Assembly: GCF_009914755.1 (NCBI RefSeq)
Contig: NC_060927.1
Length of the DNA stretch: 64,000 nucleotides
Source of the DNA: the human T2T-CHM13v2.0 reference genome, Homo sapiens
Direction: 5' to 3' (one strand)
Made by a program: the position numbers and the translations under genes. Below, one piece after another: positions 33,242-43,366 of the stretch (position 1 is its first letter; each line of letters opens with the position of its first letter). A model generated the notes under the pieces. That model worked only from the letters and a program-made list of their open reading frames with translations, made no database searches and had not been told where the DNA came from.

Positions 33242-33763
33242 TTCCTCTTTGAGCCCCCTCCCTTTGTATGGGAGCTCTGTTTTCACTCCATTAAATCTTG
33301 CAACTGCACTCTTCTGGTCCGTGTTTGTTATGGTTCAAGCTGAGCTTTCGCTTGCTCTCCACCACTGCTGTTTGCCGCAGTCACAGACCCGCCGCTGACT
33401 TCCATCCCTCCAGATCTGGCAGGGTGTCCGCTGTGCTCCTGATCCAGCACAGGCGCCCATTGCCTCTCCCAATTGGGCTAAAGGCTTGCCATTGTTCCTG
33501 CACAGCTAAGTGCCTGGGTTCATCCTAATCGAGCTGAACACTAGTCACTGGGTTCCACGGTTCTCTTCCATGACCCATGGCTTCTAATAGAGCTATAACA
33601 CTCACTGCATGGTCCAAGATTCCATTCCTTGGAATCCGTGAGACCAAGAACCCCAGGTCAGAGAACACAAGGCTTGCCACCATGTTGGAAGCAGCCCACC
33701 ACCATTTTGGAAGCGGCCCGCCACTATCTTGGGAGCTCTGGGAGCAAGGACCCCCAGGTAACA
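33242..33763 (+). mobile_element. LTR17 R-U5 only (U3 promoter absent)
   Basis: cccctccctttgtatgggagctctgttttcactc, ATTAAA at 33290-33295, tcttgcaactgca; ends ...ccccaggtaaCA at 33763. Confidence 0.9.
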
Positions 33764-33766
33764 ATT

Positions 33767-33784
33767 TGGTGACCACGAAGGGAC
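33767..33784 (+). promoter_or_regulatory. Retroviral primer-binding site (TGGTGACCACGAAGGGAC), probably tRNA-Arg type; partial second copy at 33793-33808
   Basis: 18 nt starting TGG, 3 nt after the LTR CA. One transition away from the complement of a tRNA-Arg(UCG) 3' end as recalled. Confidence 0.7.
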
Positions 33785-33818
33785 CTGAATCCGCAACCAT
33801 GAAGGGATCTCCAAAGCA

Positions 33819-35290
33819 ATTGGAAATGTTCCTCCCAAGGCAAAAATGCCCCTAAGATGTATTCTGGAGAATTGGGACCAATTTGACCCTCAGACAGTAA
33901 GAAAAAAAATGACTTATATTCTTCTGCAGTACCGCCTGGCCACGATATCCTCTTCAAGGGGGAGAAACCTGGCCTCCTGAGGGAAGTATAAATTATAACA
34001 CCATCTTACAGCTAGACCTGTTTTGTAGAAAAGGAGGCAAATGGAGTGAAGTGCCATATTTACAAACTTTCTTTTCATTAAAAGACAACTCGCAATTATG
34101 TAAACAGTGTGATTTGTGTCCTACAGGAAGCCCTCAGATCTACCTCCCTACCCCGGCATCTCCCTGACTCCTTCCCCAACTAATAAGGACCCACTTCAAC
34201 CCAAACAGTCCAAAAGGAGATAGACAAAGCGGTAAACAATGAACCAAAGAGTGCCAATATTCCCCGATTATGCCCCCTCCAGCAGTGGGAGGAGGAGAAT
34301 TCAGCCCAGCCAGAGTGCATGTACCTTTTTCTCTCTCAGACTTAAAGCAAACTAAAATAGACCTAGGTAAATTCTCAGATAACCCTGATGGCTATATTGA
34401 TGTTTTACAAGGGTTAGGACAATCCTTTGATCTGACATGGAGAGATATAATGTTACTGCTAAATCAGACACTAACCCCAAATGACAAAAGTGCTGCCATA
34501 ACTGCAGCCCAAGAGTTTGGCAATCTCTACTATCTCAGTCAGGTCAATGATAGGATAACAACAGAGGAAAGAGAATGATTCCCCACAGGCCAGCAGGCAG
34601 TTCCCAGTGTAGACCCTTATTGGGACACAGAATCGGAACATGGAGATTGGTGCCATAGACATTTGCTAACTTGCATGCTAGAAGGACAAAGGAAAACTAG
34701 GAAGAAGCCTATGAATTACTCAATGATGTCCACTATAACACAGGGAAAGAAAGAAAATCCTACCGCCTTTCTGGAGAGACTAAAGGAGGCATTGAGAAAG
34801 CATGCCTCTCTGTCACCTGACTCTATTGAAGGCCAACTAGTCTTAAAGGATAAGTTTATCACTCAGTCAGCTGCAGACATTAGAAAAAAACTTCCAAAGT
34901 CCACCTTAGGCCTGGAGCAAAACTTAGAAACCCTATTGAACTTGGCAACCTGGGTTTTTTATAATAGAGATCAGGAGGAGCAGGTAGAACGGGACAAATA
35001 GGATTTAAAAAAAAAAAAAAAGGATTTAAAAAAGTCATGGCCCTCAGGCAAGCGGACTTTGGAGGCTCTGGGAAAGAGAAAAGCTGGGCAAATCAAATGC
35101 CTAATAGGGCTTGCTTCCAGTGCGGTCTACAAGGATGCTTTAAAAAAGATTGTCCTAGTAGAAATAAGCCACCCCCTCATCCATATCCCTTATGTCAAGG
35201 GAATCACTGGAAGGCCCACTGCCCCAGGGAATGAAGGTCCTCTGAGTCAGAAGCCACTAACCAGATGATCCAGCAGCAGGACTGAGGGTG
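33819..35290 (+). pseudogene. HERV-W gag, multiply disrupted
   Basis: Fragments VHVPFSLSDLKQ...FSDNPDGYIDVLQGLG, major-homology-region QGKKENPTAFLERLKEAL, degenerate zinc knuckle CFQCGLQGCFKKDC. Start ATG appears as ATT; several stops and frameshifts. Confidence 0.9.
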
Positions 35291-35989
35291 CCCAGGGCAA
35301 ACGCCAGCCCATGCCATCACTCTCACAGAACCCTAGGTATGCTTGACCATTGAGGACCAGGAGGTTAACTGTCTCCTGGACACTGGCGCAGCCTTCTCAG
35401 TCTTATTCTCCTGTCCCAGACAACTAGCCTCCAGATCTGTCACTATCTGAGGGGTCCTAGGACAGCCAGTCACTAGATAGTTCTCCCAGCCACTAAGTTG
35501 TGACTGGAGAACTTTACTCTTTTCACATGCTTTTCTAATTATGCCTGAAAGCCCCACTCCCTTGTTAGGGAGAGACATTCTAGCAAAAGCAGGGGCCATT
35601 ATACACCTGAACATAGGAGAACACCTGCTTGTTGTCCCCTGCTTGAGGAAGGAATTAATCCTGAAGTCTGGGCAACAGGACAATATGGATGAGCAAAGAA
35701 TGCCTGTCCTGTTCAAGTTAAACAAGAGGGGCTGGGTGTGGTGGCTCATGCCTGTAATCCCAGCATTTTGGGAGGCTGAGGTGGGGGGATCACGAGGTCA
35801 GGAGATCCAGACCATCCTGGCTAACGTGGTGAAACCCCGTCTCTACTAAAAAATACAAAAAATTAGCCAGGCATGGTGGTGGGCACCTGTAGTCCCAGCT
35901 ACTCGGGAGGCTGAGGCAGGAGAATGGCAGGAACCCGGGAGGCGGAGCTTGCACTGCACTCCAGCCTGGGCGACAGAGGGAGACTCCGT

Positions 35990-36022
<33 letters not shown>

Positions 36023-37221
36023 GGATTCCACCTCCTTTCCCTACCAAAAGCAGTACCCCCTTAGACCTGAGGCCCAACAAGGACTCCAAAAGATTAAGGA
36101 CCTAAAAGCCCAAGGCCTAGTAAAAGCATGCAGTAGCCCCTGCAATACTCCAATTTTAGGAGTACAGAAACACAACGGACAGTGGAGCTTAGTGCAAGAT
36201 CTCAAGATTATCAGTGAGGCCATTGTCCCTCTATACCCAGCTGTACCTAACCCTTATACTCTGCTTTCCCAAATACCAGAGGAAGCAGAGTGGTTTACAG
36301 TCCTGGACCTTAAGAATGCCTTTTTCGGCATCCCTGTACATCCTGACTCTCAATTCTTGTTTGCCTTTGAAGATCCTTCGAACCCAACATCTCAACTCAC
36401 CTGGACTGTTTTACCCCAAGGGTTCAGGGATAGCCTCCATCTATTTGGCCAGGCATTAGCCCAAGACTTGAGCTGGTTCTCATACTTAGACACTCTTGTC
36501 CTTTGGTACGTGAATGAAATCACTTTTAGCTGTCCGTTCAGAAACCTTATGCCATCAAGCCACCCAAATGCTCTTAAATTTCCTTGCTACCTGTGGCTAC
36601 AAGGTTTTCAAACCAAAGGCTCAGCTCTGCTCACAGCAGGTTAAATACTTAGGGCTAAAATTATCCAAAGGCACCAGGGCCCTCAGTGAGGAATGTATCC
36701 AGCCTATACTGGCTTATCCTCATCCCAAAACCCTAAAGCAACTAAGAGGGTTCCTTGGCATAACAGGTTTCTGCCGAATATGGATCCCCAGGTATGGCAA
36801 AATAGCCAGACCATTATATACACTAATTAAGGAAACTCAGAAAGCCAATACCCATTTAGTAAGATGGACACCTGAAGCAGAAGCAGCTTTCCAGGCCCTA
36901 AAGAAGGCCCTAACTCATGACCCATTGTTAAGTTTGCCAACGGGGCAAGACTTTTCTTTATATGTCACAGAAAAAACAGAAATAGCTCTAGGAGTCCTTA
37001 CACAGGTCCGAGGGATGAGATTGCAACCCATGGCACACCTGAGTAAGGAAATTGATGGAGTGGCAAAGGGTTGGCCTCATTGTTTACGGGTAGTGGTAGC
37101 AGTAGCAGTCTTAGTATCTGAAGCAGTTAAAATAATACAAGGAAGAGATCTTACTGTGTGGACATCTCATGATGTGAACAGCATACTCACTGCTAAAGGA
37201 GACTTGTGGCTGTCAGACAAC
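35291..37221 (+). pseudogene. HERV-W pro-pol remnant (protease, RT, tether; RNase H and integrase missing), interrupted by AluY
   Basis: Protease LLDTGA near 35375, RT LDLKNAFF and LPQGFRDS. The YVDD motif is altered to YVNE with a frameshift at 36507-36520. Confidence 0.9.
35730..36018 (+). mobile_element. AluY-type element inserted in HERV-W pol, with about 19-nt right-arm deletion
   Basis: Y diagnostics ggatcacgaggtcaggagat, gagaatggc...ggcggagcttgca. Degenerate TSD aaacaagagg / aaaattaagg. Confidence 0.93.
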
Positions 37222-37253
37222 TATGAGGAAATTAACTAAAATCATAAATCCCC

Positions 37254-38652
37254 ATGGCCCTCCCTTATCATATTTTTCTCTTTACTATTTTCTTAACCCC
37301 TTTCACTCTCACTGCACCCCCTCCATGCCACTGTACGACTAGTAACTCCCCTTACCAAGAGCTTCTATGGAGAATGCAGCTTCCCAGAAATATTAATGCC
37401 CCATCGTATAGGAGTTTATCTAAGGGAAACCCCACCTTCACCGCCCACACCCACATGCTCCGCAACTGCTATAACTCTGCCACTTTTTGCATGCATGCAA
37501 ATACTCATTATTGGACAGAGAAAATGATTAATCCTAGTTGTCCTGGAGGACTTGGAGCCACTGTTTGTTGGACTGACTTCATCCATGTCTGATAGGGGTG
37601 GAGTTCAAGAGCAGGTATGTCTGATGGTGGTGGAGTTCAAGATCAGGCAAGAGAAAAACATGTAAAGGAAGTAATCTCCCAGCTGACCCGGGTACATAAT
37701 ACCCCTAGCCCCTACAAAGGAACAGATCTCTCAAAACTACATGAAACCCTCTGTACCCATACTCGCCTGGTAAGCCTATTTAATAGCACCCTCACTGGGC
37801 TCCATGTGGTCTCGGCCCAAAACTCTACTAACTGTTGGATGTGCCTCCCCCTGCACTCCAGGTCATACATTTCAATCCCTGTACCTGAACAATGGAACAA
37901 CTTCAGCACAGAAATAAACACCACTTCCATTTTAGTAGGACCTCTTGTTTCCAATCTGGAAATAACCCATACCTCAAACCTCACCTGTGTAAAATTTAGT
38001 AATACTATAGACACGACCAAATCCCAATGCATCAGGTGGGTAACTCCTCCCACACGAATAGTCTGCCTACCCTTAGGAATATTTTTTGTCTTTGGTAGCT
38101 TAGCCTATCGTTGTCTGAATGGCTTTTCAGAACCTATGTGCTTCCTCTCATTCTTAGTGCCCCCTATGACCATTTACACTGAACAATATTTATACAATTA
38201 TGTCATACCTAAGCCCCACAACAAAACAGTACTCATTCTTCCTTTTGTTATCAGAGCAGGAGTGCTAGGTGGGCTAAGTACTGGCATTGGCGGTATCACA
38301 ACCTCTACTCAGTTCTACTACAAACTATCTCAAGAACTAAAGGGTGACATGGAACAGGTCACCGACTCCCTGGTCACCTTGCAAGATCAACTTAATTCCC
38401 TAGCAGCGGTAGTCCTTCAAAATTGAAGAGCTTTAGACTTGCTAACCACTGAAAGAGGGGGAACCTGTTTTTTTTTTTTAGGGGAAGAATGCTGTTATTA
38501 TGTTAATCAATCCGGAGTTAATCATTCCAAGAAAGTTAATCAATCTGGAGTTAATCAATCTGAGAAAGTTAAAGAAATTGGAGATCAAATACAATGTAGA
38601 GCAGAGAAGCTTCAAAACACTGGACCCTGGGGCCTCCTCAGACAATGGATGC
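37254..38652 (+). pseudogene. HERV-W env (syncytin-1 family) pseudogene
   Basis: In-frame ORFs 37254-37592 and 37617-38426. SDGGGVQDQAR motif and CWMC present. Furin site RNKR changed to HNKT, stop in the immunosuppressive domain (LQN*RALDLL), truncated at GLLRQWM. Confidence 0.95.
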
Positions 38653-39462
38653 GAAGGATATGAACAGACACTTCTCAAAAAAAGACATTTATGTGGCCAA
38701 CAAACATATGAGAAAAAGCATATCATCACTGATGATTAGAGAAATGCAAATCAAAACCACAGTGAGATACCATCTCATACCAGTGAGAATGGCAATCATT
38801 AAAAAGTCAGGAAACAACAGAGGCAGAAGAGGATGTGGAGAAATAGGAATGCTTTTACACTGTTAGTGGGAGTGTAAATTAGTTCAACCATTGTGGAAGA
38901 CATTGTGGTTTTTTTTCAAGGATCTACAACCAGAAATACCATTTGACCCAGCAATCCCATTACTGGCTATATACCCAAAGGATTATAAATCATTCTGCTA
39001 TAAAGACACATGCACACGTATGTTTATTGCGGCACTATTTACAATAGCAAAGACTTGGAACCAACCCAAATGCCCATCAGTGATAGACTGGATAAAGAAA
39101 ATGTGGCACATATACACTATGGAATACTATGCAGCCATAGGGATGAGTTCATGTCCTTTGCAGGGACATGAATGAAGCTGGAAACCATCATTCTCAGCAA
39201 ACTAACACAAGAACAGAAAACCAAACACCGCATGTTCTCACTTATATGAATAATGAGAACACATGGACACAGGCAGGGGAATATCAAACACTGGGGCCTG
39301 TTGGGGGGTAACAGGGGGCTGGGGGAGATAGCATTAGGAGAAATACCTAATGTAGATGACAGGTTGATGGGTGCCGCAAACCACCATGGCACGTGTATAC
39401 CTATATAAAAAATCTTCATGTTCTGCATGTATATCCCAGAACTTAAAGTATAATTTTAAAAA

Positions 39463-39514
<52 letters not shown>

Positions 39515-39519
39515 AAAAG
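38651..39519 (+). mobile_element. L1PA7/L1PA8-type 3' end fused directly to HERV-W env
   Basis: gcgaaggatatgaacagacacttctc... 3' UTR diagnostics aatgtagatgacaggttgatgggtg, aaaccaccatggcac and tatcccagaacttaaag, then an A-rich tail. Confidence 0.92.
39462..39513 (+). repeat. (AAAG)n microsatellite, 13 units, derived from the L1 tail
   Basis: Read directly. Confidence 0.95.
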
Positions 39520-41437
39520 ACTCTAAGAATATCAAAATGCCCCAACCACATGAAGCTACACTCCAAAGCCAGAGAGTTGCAAGCTACTAGAGGCTAGCTC
39601 AGGCTTTCAACAGGGGCCCATATTAGGGATTTATTTATGTTACCTTATTTAATCTCCATGACAGTGAGTTTGATATCATTCTCATTACACTTTGAATGAT
39701 AAAATTAAAGCCTGGAGAGGTTAATCCACTTGCTCCTGTCACACATTAAAAGAGCTGTGATTCAAACCCAGGTTAGTTCGAGTATAAAAGTTCATACTAT
39801 TCCCAGTATGTTATGCTGATTCCCTTGTATAAAGACACGTATAAATTATGCAAAATTTCAGAAACAGATGACCTTCTTTTTTTACCATTAGTATGAATGA
39901 TTGCTTATTATAAATATTAATATCACTTTAAGTTTCCTCCATTGGCTTTATTGTCATGAAAAATGTGTTCCCCTTACTGCCAGAAAACTCTTCATCTATG
40001 TGAGACTAGATTAGTCATTTCACAATTTTTAGTCACTACCTTCATGTGTGCCATCTTCATGACTTTTGCTTTTTCAAAGTTGGCAGCTACAACGGATTGC
40101 CATTATTACCTGCCACAAATAAAACACATTCATAGAAATATAAATTAAACAATTACATTAGATCCTAGCTAGATGATGTTCTCTCTCATTTTGGTGAAAA
40201 TAGAGATTAACAAGCATTCCAGAAGTGGTACAAAAAAAAAAAAAACTAATATCAATCTGAAACTTCCTGCTTAACATAACCAGGGAACACCATTTAGGAG
40301 GTAATGTTATTTAATGTCTTATCCAGGTACTAACTAAAATCATATCATATGCCACTGAAGATCATTTCCTGTAGTCTCCAGTGGTAGTTCTACCATACTT
40401 TAGGAAATAACCAAAATATTTTCATGACTTTCTGGTCCTACAATTTCATTAAAAAAATTTCTACTTATGCCTTCAACAACCCACCTTTTACATAAATTAA
40501 TGATATTCAGGCAGCACTCAGCAATGTGTGGGTGTGTCATAAATAGTGGTAGTGGATTAATAATACATACTTCACCCTCATTTGAAGGTACACTAATGAT
40601 CAGAATACGAGAAAGCAAGTTGTCCAATTTGCTTGTAACTTTAACAGTTCCCTGAAACTGAGTATGTCTCCAGTGACTAGGAACAAACCCTGAAAAAAAA
40701 TCTGCCTGTCAAAACAGAATGCAACTCACATCAGCTCAAAATATTGGGAGGAAATTGACCTGGCTATTCTCTACCAAGTAAAATGCACTATCAATTCACA
40801 TCTAGAGTTTATCTGTGATTGCCTTCCAAATGTTCCTTTCTGCCTCCCAGAAATATTTTATTTATATCAAAGAGTTAAGGGAGACAATTCCTCGGGAGAA
40901 AGAAAAGGCTATGCAGAAAAAGAATGACCATATCTGCTTGTATTCTGCTTGCTTTCCTCAAACCACGAACATTAAGACAATGAATGATATATTGGAGAAA
41001 CTGATGACAAAGTCAGTGTACTTCATAAGAGTCCTTAAGAACTGTTCTCTGCTGACTGGCTTCACTACAGTTAGGCAAAAGCTCCCAGATATGCAAATAC
41101 TGGTGGTTTTCAAGTAAAAATGTCCCTTCTATTAATATTTCCAATTACCCTCCTGGGAAATTTCATCTGAAAAATTCATTAGATACAATTTGCACCTCCA
41201 TAAATTTTGTTCTCTTTCATGGCCTTGAGAGTTAGTGGAGAGCAAGCATGAATGATTTAGCAAAGCAAGTGACCAAATATCATGCTTAGTTTTAAGTCAT
41301 AGCTGAAGATACTATGCGAAGGAACCAGAAGATACTAGCAGAAAGGTCAAGGAGAAAATCCTTGAAAGGGAGTCCCTCATATCTAGTGTAACTGTATGTC
41401 ATCCAAACTGGAATAAATTTATAAAATGAAGAGGGAC

Positions 41438-41892
41438 TGTATTGGTTAGATATTGCCATGTGAGAAACCATCCAAAAATTCAATGGCTTAAGGGAAGAGT
41501 TATGCATTATTTCTTGAGTCTTTGCATAGGCTGGGAGTTGACTGACATAAGCTGACATTGGCAGGAGTAGCTCTGCTCCATGTGTTTCTAATCCCCCTCC
41601 TAAAACCAACAGACTGGCCTGGGTATATCTGCTGTATAGCTACAGCAGGGATTCAAAAGTGCAAACCCTATTGCAGGCAGGCTTTTTAAAGCCTCTGCTT
41701 GAATCAGTTCTGCTAATATCCCAATCTCCTAAAGCAAGTCACATGGCTGAATTCAGAATGGAGGAGCAGAGAAATACACTCGCCTTCTCAGTGGGCAGAA
41801 CTGCAAAACCACACGCCAAAGAACATGGATTGCACTGATGGCCCCAGTTCCTCATAGAGAGAAGTCCTGGCACCATGAATACAATCCACCTC
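41438..41892 (-). mobile_element. Old MaLR LTR (MLT1I/J-like)
   Basis: aaccatccaaaaattcaatggcttaa...aagcaagtcacatggc...aactgcaaa motifs. Confidence 0.55.
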
Positions 41893-42262
41893 AGGCTACA
41901 ATTCATAAACTAACTCATCCTATATGACCTGCCTCACAGAGTCCCTGCTGAAGAAACATTATAGTAGCCAAAGATCCCTCAGCTGAAGTTTCCCATTTCA
42001 AAAGCCAGAAAATGAGTCATAGTGATTCTGGCCTTGGCAAGGTAAGATCCAGCCCCCGCAAAATACCTGCAAGTACAACTACCTTCAGTAAATGTGAGTT
42101 TTATGTAGAATTTGATGGGGGCTGCAGTCACTGGCCAATATTTACATATATGTCAGAAGAAAAAAGACATTGATGGAAGTACCCCCTATATGGCAACGCT
42201 CCCATATTGTATCATTTTAAATCTGTGTGGAAATCCTTCAAGATGTTCAGCTCCCCATTTTA

Positions 42263-42307
42263 TGAGGCTGGTGCAAAAGTAATTGCAGTTTTTGCCATTA
42301 CTTTTAA
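42263..42307. mobile_element. Half MADE1 / solo Hsmar1 terminal inverted repeat
   Basis: TA followed by tgaggctggtgcaaaagtaattgcagtttttgccattacttttaa. The second arm is absent. Confidence 0.85.
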
Positions 42308-43366
42308 AGAGACATGGCTGATACATATGGCTAAATGAGATATGGCTAAATAAGATGGAGATTGGTTGAGTATTTTACTCATATATTCATACCTAGTAAC
42401 TAGAAACAGGAAAAAGCTCAAATCTACTTGTCTGAAAAGACTCTCATACCTCCATTTTATTACACTGTCTTAACCTGACTGGAAGATTATGTCTCTAAAA
42501 AACATACTTAAAGAACCAGATTATCAAACACCTATAGTTTCTTCTCTGGAAGATACAATCCCAACTAGTGCTATTTCTGAGAGACAGTTCTTTTTCAATG
42601 AGGAGCACACTTTTATTTAGGACATATTTTGAGTATTATTTACATTTTATCAGCAAGGCACTTTAAGCACATATCTCTAAATATGTTTAAGTGTGATTTT
42701 AATTTAAACTTTTCACAGGATAATAATCCAAGTAATAGAAAAATTAAAATTAAAAATAAGTTAATTTCACATATTTCTGTGTGTTTATTTAAAGCATAGA
42801 TATATAAGAATATATAGTCATATTTAATATAGATTATACATTATATATATGTTATATTTGTGTTATTATAGAGTATAGCTTACAGATTATAACACCTAAA
42901 ACCTTTTATTATAGTTGCACTGATTATTAAATAATTACCTAAATATCTTAACATAATACCTGGAACATAGTAAGTATTAAGTTATAGCTATATATGGAAA
43001 GTGCCTGCTTATCACATAAGAAGCCCTTCCTTTAAGCCTCATTTTGGAGATTAAAATTCAACTAGCTGATTTATTCATCCCAGATCAATACATTTCAAGA
43101 GGCTACCCTCTTGACCCAGAATTTCAAATGATCTTGCTCTCATTTAGTATTGTAACGAACCAAAAGAACCTCTGGAGAAGCAGCTTTTAATCATGCAGAT
43201 GAACTGAGAAACATAAAGTAGATCTCATGCCACTCCTCACTTGAAATTCATAGACAATGCCATGGAATATAATGCAGATGCTGATTAGGCAGACTTTGCC
43301 CTTTGGCTGAACCCCCAAAGGCCTGTAAGAGGATAATACTTTCCACACAATTTTTGCACCAAATTT

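Larger units (their letters stand above)
33242..38652 (+). mobile_element. HERV-W (HERV17) processed copy: R-U5, PBS, spliced leader, gag-pro-partial pol, env truncated before the TM anchor; no U3 and no 3' LTR
   Basis: LTR17 R/U5 sequence, Gag and Pol translations of HERV-W type, and Env starting MALPYHIFLFT (syncytin-1 family). Confidence 0.95.

Noticed and set aside
35541-36644. Alu-Pol fusion ORFs (102 aa and 231 aa)
   Set aside because: By-products of the AluY insertion. The RT catalytic motif is destroyed and the 231-aa ORF has a non-ATG start.
37254-38652. Functional syncytin-1 (ERVW-1) gene or a secreted receptor-blocking Env
   Set aside because: Stops at 37590 and 38424, lost furin site, no TM anchor, no U3 promoter and no env acceptor. 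The signal-peptide fragment ends before the SDGGG motif.
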